DNA of 64,000 nucleotides, taken from NCBI GenBank assembly GCA_028826165.1, contig JAPDFW010000088.1:124001-188000 (forward strand), given 5' to 3'. This document shows positions 26,301-40,026 of this stretch, in pieces. Made by a program: the position numbers and the translations under genes. The notes under the pieces are model-generated. The model saw only the letters and a program-made list of their open reading frames with translations, was not told where the DNA came from and searched no databases. Origin of the DNA: Anaeramoeba ignava BMAN (taxonomy: Eukaryota > Protista > Anaeramoebae). The stretch's first letter is position 1, and each line of letters begins with the position of its first letter.

Positions 26301-28276
26301 AAATTGATTTAAAAAATAATTCAAAAAATGATTTAAAAAATGATTCAAAAATTGATTCAAAAATTGATTCAAAAAATGATTCAAAAATTGATTTAAAAAA
26401 TGATTCAAAAAATGATTTAAAAATTGATTCAAAAAATGATTCAAAAATTGATTCAAAAAATGATTTAAAAATTGATTTAAAAAATGATTCAAAAAATGAT
26501 TTAAAAATTGATTCAAAAAATGATTCAAAAATTGATTCAAAAAATGATTTAAAAATTGATTTAAAAAATGATTCAAAAAATAATTTAAAAATTGATTCAA
26601 AAAATGATAATAAAATTGATAATAAAAACCCCACAAACAAATTCCTCAATGTAATCAAAAAAATGAGTAAACTGAAAAATAAAAATTCAAATCAAAACAA
26701 AAAACCATTTCCAAAAGATCCAAAATTTCAAGAAGCATTCAAACAATTCAACGATAAAAACTACAAAGAAGCACTAGAAAACTTCAAACAATTTCTTGAA
26801 AAAAACGAAAATAGCTTTGAAGCACTATTTTATCTAGGATGCTGCTATGAAAATTCGAATATGAATCAATTAGCAATCGCTCAATTTAAAAAGGCATTAA
26901 ATATCGAACCAAAAGATGAAGACACAAACATCCATTTGATAAAACTCTATCAATCACAAAATCAAATCAAAGCAGCTTTGGCATCATTGAACCAATTCCT
27001 CTCATTTTCAAACGATAACCATAAAGCTTATGAAATTTTGGAAGAACTTGATTTAAAAGAAAAATCAATTATTCAGGAAGTTACCCGAAAAAAAACAGAA
27101 AAAATGATTCCTTTAATTATCACTCTCGCAAGAATTAATTACCAAAAACAACAGTACACAAAATCGCAATCATTTCTCAACAACATTTTAAAAGTGGATT
27201 CTAAAAATGTTTCAGTTTTATTACTTCTTATTAAGGTTCTTAAGCCTCAAAACAAAATCCCTCAAATTATCAATTCCTATCAAAAATTAATCACTATTGA
27301 GCCAGATAATCATCTCCATTATTATCATTTGGGGAAATTTTTTGAGCGGAACGAACAATTTTCTGATGCAATCTCGAATTTTGAAAATTCTATTAAAATC
27401 AACAAAAATTTCACCGAATCTCATCTTCATCTTGGAAATATCTATGATGAACAAGGAGACTTCCAAAAAGCAATTGAGTATTGGTCTGTGGCGATCAAGT
27501 ATAGGCCACATTCCTTGCAATTACTTAACGATCTTGGCTCAGCTTATTATCAAACAGGAGATATTGAAAAAGCAATTGAATTTTTACAAAAAGCGATCCA
27601 AATTGATCCAAAATTCGCTCCTTCTTATTACAATATTGGGTGCATCTATGACGAGCAAAACGATTATGAAAAGGCTTGCGAATTTTATCAGAAATCGATT
27701 GAATGCGACCCGCAAAATCCAGATACTTTTACCAATCTTGCAATCGCATTTGAAAACAAAGGAGACATCCAAAAAGCAATTGAAACTTTAAAAAATTATT
27801 TGAAACAAAATTTGGGTCATTTTGATATTCTCTATCATTTAGGATCTATATATATGAAAAATCACCATTTAGATGACTCTCTTATGTGCTTCCTCAAATG
27901 TGTGGAGATGGACGATAAAAACTTCCAAGTATTCGATAACATTGCAAGAATCAAATTTGTTCAAAAAAAATATTCAGAATCATTTGAATTTTTCGAAAAG
28001 TCTTTAAAATCCAATCCTGAATCAATCGACCAAGCTTATTCTTGCGCTCTTGAATTGAAAAAAATGAACAAAATTGATTATTCCATTCAATTACTTCAAA
28101 TTATCATAAAATATAATCCAAATTCTGTTGATTCTCTTTTTCAACTTGCTTTAAACAAAATGGAAAAAAATCAATTCAAAGAAGCAAAATTTTATTTGGA
28201 AAAAGTTTCTGTTTTGAATCATTCATATCCTTTACTTGAAGAAAAATTAAAAGAAGTTCGATCTAAAAAGAAATAA
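23325..28276 (+). CDS. Giant tetrapeptide-repeat + TPR protein (single exon; 1-nt frameshift at about 25870, probably an assembly indel)
   Basis: After 25870 the (KNDS/KNDL/KIDS)n frame runs without stops into ATG 26663. Many TPRs follow, e.g. LNDLGSAYYQTGDIEKAIEFLQKAIQIDP. Confidence 0.8.
23525..26620 (+). repeat. Coding 12-mer minisatellite in three blocks: (KEDL)n, (KQID/KQIN/KQED)n, (KNDS/KNDL/KIDS)n
   Basis: 12-nt periodicity over about 3.1 kb. Confidence 0.95.
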
Positions 28277-28410
28277 AACAAAATTAAAAGAAAATTTTTT
28301 TTTTTTTCATTTTTTTTTTTTCATTTTTCTTTTTCAAATTAAATCAAAACAAAAAAAAAAAATTTTCTTTTAATTTTTAAATTTTTTATAATAATAATAA
28401 TAATAAAAAA

Positions 28411-30821
28411 ATGAATCCTGAAATGGATATTGAAAATCAAGAAAAATCTCAAAACAAACAACAAAATCAAACAACAAATCAAATAAGCAAACAAACACAA
28501 AATCCAAATCAAATGAGACAAGGAATAAAACCGTCACAACAAAACGATATCAAGAATCAAAATCCAAACCAACAAAACATTTCCAATCAACAATATCCTC
28601 AAAATCAATTAAATCAATATCCACAATTTTCTTATACTTTTCAACAACATCCACAATTTTCATATCCTTATCAATATACGCAACAATTCCAAAATCAATT
28701 AAATCAACAAAATCCAAATTCATTGAAACAACAAAATCAAATGAATCCAAATCAAATTTCACAATATCAACATTATAATCAACAAACACCATTAAATCCT
28801 TATCAACTTCAACAATTACAACAATTACAACAATATCATCAGTATCAATATCAACAATATCAGCAATATCAAAATCAAATGAATCAACAAAATCAAAATC
28901 AAAATCAAAATCAAAATCAAAATCAAAATCAAAATCAAAATCAAAATCAAAATCAAAATCAAAATCAAAATCAAAATCAAAATCAAAATTCAAAATCAAA
29001 ATTCAAAATCAAAATCAAAATCAAAACGAAATTCAAAATCAAAACAAAAATCAAAACGAAATTCAAAATCAAAACAAAAATCAAAACGAAATTCAAAATC
29101 AAAATCAAAATCAAAATCAAAACAAAATTCAAAATCAAAATCAAAACAAAATTCAAAATGAAAAGCAAAATAAAATCCAAATCCAACAAAATAAAATCCA
29201 AATCCAACAAAATCAAAACCAAAATTTAAATCAAAATCAAAATCAAATTGAAAATCAAAATTTAAACAAAATTCAAATCCAACAAAATCAAAATCAAAAT
29301 CAAAATCAAAATCAAAATCAAAATCAAAATTTAAACAAAATTCAAAACAAAAATCAAATACAAAATCAAAATCAAAATCAAAATCAAAATCAAAATCAAA
29401 ATTTAAACAAAGATCAAGACAAAAATGAAAACAAAATTCAAAATGAAATTCAAAATCAAAATCAAAATGAAATTCAAAATCAAAATCAAAATGAAACTCA
29501 AAATGAAATTCAAATCGAAATTGAAACTCAAAATCAAAATGAAACTCAAAATCCAAATGAAACTCAAAATCCAATTCAACCTGAAACAGAAATTCTTCAA
29601 TCTTATGAAAGACAGAAAGAAATGAACAATGAAATTCAATTAATTTTAGAAGAAATCAAACAAATGGAAGAAAAACTAAAAAAAGTAAAAGAATTTGAAC
29701 TGAATGTTGAAGAATTTTCATTTGTTCGAGGAACACATAAAAAATTCATTCAAAAAGTGAAAAAATATGAAGAAATAAGAAACAAAAAAATTCAATTAGC
29801 AAGAGAATGGTTTGTATTTCAACTTGAGAATTTGAAAAAAATTTTTGATGATGAAATGAAAAGAGCAAATAAAGAATTTCATTCTGAATGTAAATTAGTT
29901 TCTGAAAATTTACTTTCAGAAGCTTTAGAACAACGCAAAATGATTCTTGAAGGCAAAAATATTAATCAATCCATTTCTGGAAATCAAAAATGTATTTTTA
30001 ATTTAAAATTAATTTTTTAAATCAATTAATCAATTAATTAATTAATTAATTTTTTTTAAAGCTTCAAAAAATTTAAAAAAGAGGAAATTGAGAAAAGATT
30101 TTGAACAAGATGAAGATCGTTTTTTGAATAATTGTAATAATTTTAATTTTTCAATTCAAATCAAAAATCAATTCAAATCAAAAATCGGAAAAAAAATTTT
30201 TTTTTAATAAAATCAAATAAAATCAAATAAAATCAAATAAAATCAAAAGTTGCTGAAATTAAAAGTTTAAAAAAATCCGAAATTGAAAAAGATTTAGCTG
30301 CAATTAGAAGACAATCATCTAAAAAAGGATTAAATACAGAACCAGTTATTTGTGTTGAAGGACAAATACTTTATTTTGGGAATAATAAGTTTACAGTTGG
30401 GTCAGGAGTTTCACTTATACATGATAACGGAAGACAATGCGGAATAATTAAGAGAATTACTCCACTTGAGGTAAGATTCAAAAATTAAAATTAAAATTCA
30501 ATTCAATTCAAAAATTAAATTAAAATTAAAATTAAAATTCAATTCAAAAATTAAAATTAAATTAAAAATTAAAATTAAAATTAAAATTAAATTCAATTCA
30601 AAAATTAAATTAAAATTAAAATTAAATTAAAATTAAAATTCAAATTTAAAATTAAAATTAAAATTAAAATTAAAATTCAATTCAAAAATTAAAATTAAAA
30701 TTAATTTTGTTTTAATTAGATTACTTTAAAATTAAATGATGGAAGAAAATTAATTATTCCAGTTACTCAATTACGTGAGAAAAATCAATTAGAATTTAAT
30801 GAAGTTTCAAATTATCTTTAA
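28411..30821 (+). CDS. Sds3/BRMS1-like Sin3-HDAC subunit with a Q/N-rich N-terminus; introns 29992-30061, 30134-30249, 30471-30719; frameshifts in the NQ tract
   Basis: RGTHKKFIQKVKKYEEIRNKKIQLAREWFVFQLENLKKIF.. coiled coil, SEIEKDLAAI, and a C-terminal beta domain EGQILYFGNNKF..ITPLEITLKLNDGRKLIIPVTQL. Confidence 0.7.
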
Positions 30822-31007
30822 TTCATTTTTTTTTTCTCTTTCTTTTTTTTCTAATTCCACTTTTTTTTTTCTTTTCTAATTTTCAATTTTTTTCAATTTT
30901 TTTTTGTTCCACTTTTTTTTTTTTCCTTTTAATTTACAAAATTAAAAATCGAAAAATTTTTTTTTTCATTTTTTTATTTGATTGATTTATTTTTGTTTTT
31001 TTTTAAA

Positions 31008-33947
31008 ATGAATCTCAATTCAATGGTAGATGTTCTTGTTCATAATAATGTTATTGAGAGTGATATTGTAGAACAAACTATGCGCAAAGTAGATAGAAAA
31101 ACATTTGTTCCAAATTTAGTTGAACCTTATGAAGGTTTTAAATAAAAAATAAAAAAAAAAAACTCAAAAAAATCAAATTAAAAAAAATCAACATGAAAAT
31201 GAATTGAAAATTTCGGAATATTGCATAATAAAGATGCACCAATACCTTGTGGTTTTAACGCAACAATTTCCGCACCACATATATATGGTATATTTTTAGA
31301 ATTATTGAAAGATCATCTTCAACCTGGAGCAAGTGTACTTGATCTTGGAGGAGGAACTGGATATTCCTCAGCATTATTGTATAATATTTTATGGATAATT
31401 TTGTTTGTAGGAATTTTTTAAGATTGAATTTATGAGTGTTTTTATATTTTTTATATACAAGTGGGTCAATAGTTGGGAAAAAAGGAAAAGTTGTTTCTAT
31501 TGAACATATTCCAGAATTATCGAATTTAGCTCGTTCAAATTTGGAAAAGGAACTTCCTAAGCTTTGGAAGAGTAATGTTTTTGAAATCCTCGAAATGGAT
31601 GGTTTTAATGGTTACCCTAAATTGGCTCCTTATGATGTTATTCTTATAGGTGCTGCTTGTGAAAAAATTCCTAAATCTTTGTTGTTACAATTAAAACCTT
31701 GGGGAAGATTGGTATTTGATTCATATATTTTTATATATTTTTATATTTTATTTTTTATTTAATTTTTTATTTAGTTATCTCCTGTTGGACCACAAGATAA
31801 ATCTCAATGTTTGGCTTTTAATTTAATTAACTTGGATTTATAAAACGATTTATAAAATTATTAATAAAATTAATTTATAAAATTAATTATAAAATTATTA
31901 ATAAAACGATTTATAAAATTATTTATAAAATTAAATATAAAATTAATTATAAAATTAAATATAAAATTAATTATAAAATTATTTATAAAATTATTAATAA
32001 AATTATTTATAAAATTATTAATAAAATTAAATATAAAATTATTTATAAAATTAATTATAAAATTATTTATAAAATTATTTATAAAATTATTTATAAAATT
32101 ATAAAATTAATAAAATTATTTATAAAATTAATTATAAAATTATTTATAAAATTATTTATAAAAAAATAAAAATTTATAAAATTAATTTATAAAAATTATA
32201 TATAAAATGAATTTTATGAATATTTATAAAATTACCAATAAATTGTGGTTTTAAAATTATTTATAAAACCACATATAAAATTTATTTTAAAATTATTGAA
32301 ATTATTTATAAAATTATTTATAAAAATGTATTTGATAAGGAGGAATAAAATATTTAAAATTATTTCAAAATTATTTGTATAATATTTTTATGGATAATTT
32401 TGTTTATAAAATTTTTAATAAAGATTAAAAATTTAAAATGAGTGTTTTTAAATATTTTTATATAATTAATTATAAAAATAGTTATAAAAAAGGAAAAGTT
32501 GTTTTATTGAACATATTCCATTAATTTAAAATTATAAATTATTTTAAAATTCGTTAAAAATTTTTATTTTTATAAAAAAAGGAATTTATAAAATTTGGAA
32601 AATAATTTTTTTTAATAAAAAATAAAATGGTTTTAATGGTTACCCTAAATTTTGGCTCCTAAAATGATGTTATTCTTATAGGTGCTGCTTGTGAAAAATT
32701 TATAAAAATCTTTATTTATTACAATTATAAAATTATTTATAAAAAATTGGTATTTGATTTTATATATTTTTATAAAATTATTTTTAAATATTTATTTTAT
32801 TTTATTTATTTATTTTTTATTTATTATATAAAATTATGTTGGACCACAAGATAAATATAAAATTCAATGTTTAAATTTTTTAAATTTAAAAATTAACTTG
32901 GATTTATAAAAAAATTTTTATAAAATTATTTATAAATTATTTATAAAATTATTTATAAAATTAAATATAAAATTATTTATAAAATTATTAATTATAAAAT
33001 TATTTATAAAATTAAATATAAAATTATTTATAAAATTATTTATAAAATTATTTATAAAAATTAATAAAATTATTTATAAAATTATAAATTAAATATAAAT
33101 TAATTATAAAATTAATTATAAAATTATTTATAAATTATTTATAAAATTATTTATAAAATTAAATATAAAATTAATTATTTTTATAAAATTAAATATAAAA
33201 TTATTTATAAAATTAAATATAAAATATAAAATTATTTATAAAATTAAATATAAAATTAAAATTATTTTATAAAATTATTTATAAAATTAATTATAAAATT
33301 ATTAATAAAATTATTTATAAAATTAATGATAAAATTAAATATAAAATTAATTATAAAATTAATTATAAAATTAATTATAAAATTAATTATAAAATTATTT
33401 TAAAAATTTATAAAAATTTATAAAAATTAAAATTATTTATATTTATAAAAATTAAATATAAAATTATTTATAAAATTATTTATAAAATTATTTATAAAAT
33501 TAAATATAAAATTATTTTAAAATTATTTATAAAATTATTTTTAAAATTATTTATAAAATTATTTATAAAATTATTTATAAAATTATTTATAAAATTATTT
33601 ATAAAATTATTTATAAAATTATTTATAAAATTATTTATAAAATTATTTATAAAATTAAATATAAAATTATTTATAAAATTATTTATAAAATTATTTATAA
33701 AATTATTTATAAAATTATTTATAAAATTATTTATAAAATTATTTATAAAATTTAAATTATAAAATTATTTAAAATTATTTATAAAATTATTTATAAATTA
33801 ATTATTAAATTATTTATAAAATTAATTGAATTAGATTTGACAATTGTTGATAAACTTCCTGATGGAACTGTTAATATAACAAGAGGAACTAAAGTTAAAT
33901 TTACACCATTTACTTCTAAAGAAGAACAATTATCATTAAGATATTAA
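31008..33947 (+). CDS. PCMT1: Protein-L-isoaspartate O-methyltransferase; exons 31008-31134, 31234-31378, 31462-31711, 31775-31808, 33835-33947
   Basis: MRKVDRKTF, PYEDAP..GFNATISAPH, VLDLGGGTGY, SIEHIPEL, DGFNGY..APYDVI.IGAA, QLKPWGRL.SPVG, VKFTPFTSKEEQL. All four introns are GT-AG and in frame. Confidence 0.93.
31835..33830. repeat. 12-mer ATAAAATTATTT array in PCMT intron 4 (contains the degraded PCMT ghost at 32200-32910)
   Basis: Direct reading. Confidence 0.85.
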
Positions 33948-34250
33948 TCGAAATTTAAATGATCAAAAATTGGAAAAAAATTTTTTTTTTCTTTTTGGGA
34001 ATTATTTCTTATTAAAAAAATAAAAATAAAAATAATATAAAAATAAACAATAAAATCTTTTTTTTTTTTGAATCTTATTTCTTATTTTAATTAATTTAAA
34101 TTGAGAAAAAAAAATTTTATAATTAAAAAAGCAAAAAAAAAAATAAAAAAATTCAAAATTATTTTTTTCATTTTTTTTTCAAATTTTTTTTTAAATCTTT
34201 TCAATTTTTTTTCAATTTAAAAACAAAACAAAAAACGTATACAAATAAAA

Positions 34251-37200
34251 ATGTCAATTGATCCTGAATTAGAACTTCAAGCAATGAAGATTCAGTTTCT
34301 TTCACATTCATTAGCAAAAAAAATACAAAGTGAAAAAGGAGGAAATTTATCATTTAAACAAATTCTTTTAGAATGGGTTAATTTTGAATTAGAAAACGCA
34401 CAAAGCATGACTTTAATCCAAGATTTTTCTGAGGATATCCGAGTATTTATTATTTTAAATAAGATATTTTTGAAAAAAAATTTTTTTGATTTATTATTCT
34501 TTATTTAAAAAATTTTAATTATTTTTTTTTTGTTTTTTAATTAAATTTTTTTAATTAAATTTTTTTAATTAAATTTCATTAAAAGAGTTGCTCTGTATTA
34601 ACGGATTTGTTGACTTTTTTTATGCCTGATGTTGATTTTATGGATGTTTTTATACAATTTGATGATATTGATCGTGCATCAACTTTAATGAATATTTTGA
34701 AAACTACAAGTTATAATCGAACAATTCCTGATCCAAATGATATTGCAAATGTATTTTTTAATTAAAATCAAAATCAAAATTCATTTTATAATTTAAATTA
34801 AAATTAAAATTAAAATTAAAATTCATTTTATAATTTAAATTATAATTAAAATTCATTTTATAATTAAAATTCATTTTATAATTAAAATCAAAATTCATTT
34901 TATAATTAAAATTAAAATTAAAATTAATTCATTTTATAATTTAAATTATAATTAAAATTCATTTTATAATTAAAAATCATTTTATAATTAAAATTAAAAT
35001 TCATTTTATAATTTAAATTAAAATTAAAATTAAAATTAAAATTTAAATTCATTTTATAATTAAAATTAAAATTCATTTTATAATTAAAATTAAAAATTAA
35101 AATTAAAATTTAAATTCATTTTATAATTAAAATTATAATTAAAATTCATTTTATAATTAAAATTAAAATTCATTTTATAATTAAAATTCATTTTATAATT
35201 AAAAATCATTTTATAATTAAAATTAAAATTCATTTTATAATTAAAATTAAAATTCATTTTATAATTAAAATTAAAATTAAAATTAATTTTATAATTAAAA
35301 TCAAAATTCATTTTATAATTAAAATTAAAATTAAAATTAAAATTAAAATTCATTTTATAATTAAAATTCATTTTATAATTAAAATTAAAATTTAAAATTC
35401 ATTTTATAATTAAAAATCATTTTATAATTAAAATTAAAATTCATTTTATAATTTAAATTAAAATTAAAATTAAAATTAAAATTTAAATTCATTTTATAAT
35501 TAAAATTAAAATTAAAATTCATTTTATAATTAAAATTCATTTTATAATTAAAATTAAAAATTAAAATTCATTTTATAATTAAAATTCATTTTATAATTAA
35601 AATTAAAATTAAAATTCATTTTATAATTAAAATTAAAATTAAAATTCATTTTATAATTAAAATTCATTTTAAAAATAAAATTAAAATTGATTTCATAATT
35701 AAAATTTAAAATTAAATTTCAATAGGGAAATGAAAATCAAATTTTAAGATTCTTTCTTAATTTATTTTTATGGAGAAATCCACCAACAATATCTTTTGAT
35801 GAAGCACTTTCTGCAGCGAAATCAGAACAACAAGAGAACTCAAAAGAATTAGAAAGACAAAAACAAGAAGAATTAGAAAGACAACAAGAATTAGAAAGAC
35901 AACAAGAATTAGAAAGACAAAGAGAAATTGAAAAACAACAAGAATTAGAAAGACAAAAACAAGAAGAACTAGAAAGACAAAAAAGAGAAGAATTAGAAAG
36001 ACAAAAAAGAGAAGAATTAAAAAGAATAAGAGAATTAGAAAGACAAAAAGAATTAGAAAGACAACAAGAATTAGAAAGACAACAAGAATTAGAAAGACAA
36101 CAAGAATTAGAAAGACAACAAGAATTAGAAAAACAACAACAAGAATTAGAAACACAAAAAGAATTAGAAAGACAAAAAATTTTAGAAAAAATAAAAAATC
36201 GAGAAAAAGAAAAAGAATTAGAAAGACAAAAAGAATTAGAAACACAAAAAGAATTAGAAACACAAAAAGAATTAGAAAGACAAAAAATTTTAGAAAAAAT
36301 AAAAAATCGAGAAAAAGAAAAAGAATTAGAAAAACAAAGAGAGTTAGAAAGACAACAAGAATTGGAAAGACAACAACAAGAATTGGAAAAACAAAATGAA
36401 TTGGAAAAACAAAATGAATTGGAAAAACAAAAAGAAAGACAAAAAATTTTGGATCGAATCAAAAATTTAGAAAAACAAAGAGAATTAGATCGAATAAAAG
36501 AATTGGAAAAAGAAAAAGAATTGGAAAAAGAAAAAGAATTGGAAAGACAAAGACAAGAAGAATTGGAAAGACAGCAACAAGAAGCATTAGAAAGACAACA
36601 AGAATTAGAAAGACAAAGAGAAATTGAAAAACAAAAAATTCTTGAAAAACAACAAGAACTTGAAAAACAAAGAATTTTAGAAAGACAAAAAGAATTAGAA
36701 AGACAAAAAGAATTGGAAAGACAAAAAGAGTTAGAAAAACAACAACAAGAATTAGAAAGACAACAACAAGAATTAGAAAGACAACAACAAGAATTGGAAA
36801 ATCAACAAGAATTGGAAAATCAACAAGAATTGGAAAATCAAAATCAAAATCAAACTGAAACAGAAACAGAAAAAGAAAAAGAAAAACTAAAAATTCTCCA
36901 AAAATTAAAAAAAATTCGTGAACTAAAAGAATCCCAAAATATTCAAAAAGAAGATACAAACACCGAACTTAGCGAACAAGAAAAAATCCAACAAAAAATC
37001 AACGAAATAAAAAACCGATCACATTTAGATTTATCACCACGACTTTCACCAGATTTATCGCCAAGATATACAAAAGACAAATCTTCTCGATATTTCACAT
37101 TGCGACCTGAAGATCTTCAAGGACAAACAACTCAACGGCAATTCGGGACTTTAGGATCACCACGAAAAGCACCAACAAGTATTGAGGAAATCATTGCCAA

Positions 37201-38877
37201 GACAAAGCAAAGAGGACAACAAGGAAAAAAACAAAAAAACGTTAACGATATTATTCAAAAAATACAAGAAAGATCACATAGTGATACAAAAATGTCAACC
37301 GATAATAATGATAAAGAAGAAAATCAAAATGAAGAAATTAAAAATGAAGAAATTAAAAATGAAGAAATTAAAAAAGAAGAAATAAAAAAGAAGAAATTAA
37401 AGAAGAAGAAATAAAAGAAGAAATTAAAAAAGAAGAAATTAAAAATGAAGAAATTAAAAAAGAAGAAAATAAAGAGAACCCCCAAATAATTGAATCCCCC
37501 CCAAAACAAGAAGAAAAAAATAACCAAGAACCACAAGAAGATGATGAGAAAAAAGAAAAGCAAAAAGTTGTTGAACAACCATCAGTCGAGCTTAATGAAG
37601 AACAAAAAAATTCAGTTCGCAAACAATTTCGGGATCAGCTCTTGATTGTTCTCGAACAAATTGATGCAGATGTGGAAAAGGAACGGAAAAACGGGGAAGG
37701 ATTAAAAATGATTGTGAAACTTTACAAAAAAAACACTGAACAAAAAGCGCAAGGAATGAAACTAATTGAAGAATGCGAGACAAAAATAACGGAATTATTG
37801 ATTTTCCGGCGATTAATTCTTCGGGATCTTGTAAGACTAGACAAGACAAACGAACCAAAGGACACACACCCATCGAAGATCGGGGTTTTATTAGCGGATT
37901 ATTCATGGGTAGAAAAGGGGAATGTGCAAGAACTGGAAGCAGGAGATGTAATTTATGTGACTGGGACAAAGCGCAAGAATTTCCACGGAACAATCAATCA
38001 AATCACTTGCTCTGTGCCATCGCGTGTTGTCGAGGTTGTGTTTCCTGAAGACCGTCTTCTTGCAAGTTTTCAAATCCATAAAGACAAACAACCCGAACCA
38101 AAACTTGTCAAAAATATCAACTGGAAATACGTCACACCTTTCGAACTCGATTGTGAAGAAGTTGCTCGGCAAATCACACTTGTGGAACATGATATTTTCT
38201 CACGGATATATTTCTCGGAATTTCTCAAACAAAGTTGGAACAAATCACGATATTTTTTTCTTGCAGAAAATTTACGTTCGTTGATCTCACGATTTAACGA
38301 CTTTTCATTTTATGTTGCCACAATGATTATTCAACCCGAAAAAATTGCCGATCGTGTCCGCGCTTACTCGTTCTTTGTCCAACTTGGATGCCATTTCCGC
38401 GATCTCCGCAATTACAACAGTTTGATGGCTTTACTTTCGGGCATGTCCAACAATGCGGTTCATCGACTTGAATTTACTCGCGAAGAAGTTCCAACTTCAT
38501 TCCAAACAAAATTTGAAGAACTCGATCAATTGATGGAAAGTGAGAACGGTTATCATAATTATCGCGTTGCTTTGAAATACGCTCGCGAACACAAACTGTC
38601 TGCGATCCCCTTTCTCGGTGTTCATCTAACCGACATCACTTTTCTTGATGATTCTGAAGACGATATGAAAGATGGTGATTATAATGAAGGAAAAATCCAA
38701 AAAATGAAAAATTTAATTGATGATGTCATCCACTTTCAATATCGCACTTATAATCTTTTCCCAGTTTCTAGTATGCGTGACTTTTTCGCCCGTTTTAATT
38801 TTCTTGATGATGACCATCTTTATGAACTTTCTCTTAAAAGAGAACCACGTGGTGCTGACCCAAATGATCTTGATTAA
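34251..38877 (+). CDS. RasGEF (CDC25 domain) with N-terminal CH domain, long coiled coil, HR1-like and SH3-like domains; exons 34251-34442, 34586-34750, 35726-38877 (frameshift at about 37385)
   Basis: QILLEWVNFEL..DFSEDIRS..DIANGNENQILRFFLNLF (CH), (ELERQQ)n, then EVARQITLVE, RFNDFS, LRNYNSLMALLSG and IPFLGVHLTDITFLD. Confidence 0.88.
34755..35720. repeat. AAAATT/CATTTTATAATT intronic array
   Basis: Fills RasGEF intron 2. Confidence 0.85.
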
Positions 38878-39072
38878 TTTTTGCTTTAAAATAAAAAAAA
38901 AATTTTTTACTTTTTCTTTTCTTTTCTTTTTTAACAATTTCTTGTTTTGATGCTTACTTTCTTTATTGTCTTTTTTCTTCAATTCTTTTTTACTTGATTT
39001 TTTTCCTTTTTTTCTTTTTTTTTAATTTCATTTTTTCATTTTTTCATTTTTTTCTTTTTTAATTTCAATTTC

Positions 39073-39819
39073 ATGCAACAATTCCAATTAAATTGTCAAT
39101 GTCAGACTAAGAACAGAAAAAGAAAAAATTTAATTTCAAATTTTGAAGAAGATCAAAATATTTTTGAAAATAAACGAACAAATACAAATGAAAATGACAA
39201 TGACAATTTATTTGAAATTGAAAATTTAAATTTATATGAAAATCAAAATCAAAATGAAAATGAATTTCAAAATCAAAACAACAATCAATTTCAAAATCAA
39301 AACAACAATCAATTTCAAAATGAAAATCAATTTCAAAATCAAAACAACAATCAAAATGAAAATGAAAATGAAAATCAATTTCAAAATCAAAATCAATTTC
39401 AAAATCAAAATCAAAATCAATTTCAAAATCAAAATCAATTTCAATTTCAAAATCAAAATCAAAATCAATTTCAAAATCAAAATCAAAATCAAAATCAAAA
39501 TCAAAACAACAATCAAAATCAAAATCAAAATCAATTTCAAAATCAAAATCAATTTCAAAATCAAAATCAAAATCAAAATCAAAATCAAAATCAAAATCAA
39601 AATCAATTTCAAAATCAAAATCAATTTCAAAATCAAAACAAAAATAAAAATCAATTTGAAAATCGAAAAGGAAATAATTCTAATAACCAGTTTTTTTTTG
39701 AGAAAGGTTTTATGCTTGGTTCTTATGATTCTTCATTTGAAGAAAAAGATAATATTGTTTATAATGAAGAAAATAAATTCCTTAATCAATTATTTCTTGA
39801 AAGAAAAAATCGATTTTAA
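39073..39819 (+). CDS. Hypothetical NQF-rich protein with a basic NLS-like N-terminus and a short C-terminal helix
   Basis: Clean ATG-TAA ORF preceded by Inr-like motifs. KNRKRK near the start and YNEENKFLNQLFLERKNR at the end. Confidence 0.6.
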   Translation: MQQFQLNCQCQTKNRKRKNLISNFEEDQNIFENKRTNTNENDNDNLFEIENLNLYENQNQNENEFQNQNNNQFQNQNNNQFQNENQFQNQNNNQNENENENQFQNQNQFQNQNQNQFQNQNQFQFQNQNQNQFQNQNQNQNQNQNNNQNQNQNQFQNQNQFQNQNQNQNQNQNQNQNQFQNQNQFQNQNKNKNQFENRKGNNSNNQFFFEKGFMLGSYDSSFEEKDNIVYNEENKFLNQLFLERKNRF

Positions 39820-40026
39820 CTTGAATGTTAATTTATTTATAATTATAATTAAATTGTTATTGTTTTTATTGCTATCAATATAATTATAATTATTTAAAAA
39901 AGAAAAAAAAAAAAATTTTATATTAAAAATTATTAAAAAAAAATTTTTTTTTCATTTTTTATTTTTTTCATTTTTTTATTTTATATAAAAAAAAAAATTT
40001 ATTTATTTAAAATTTTATTTGAAATT

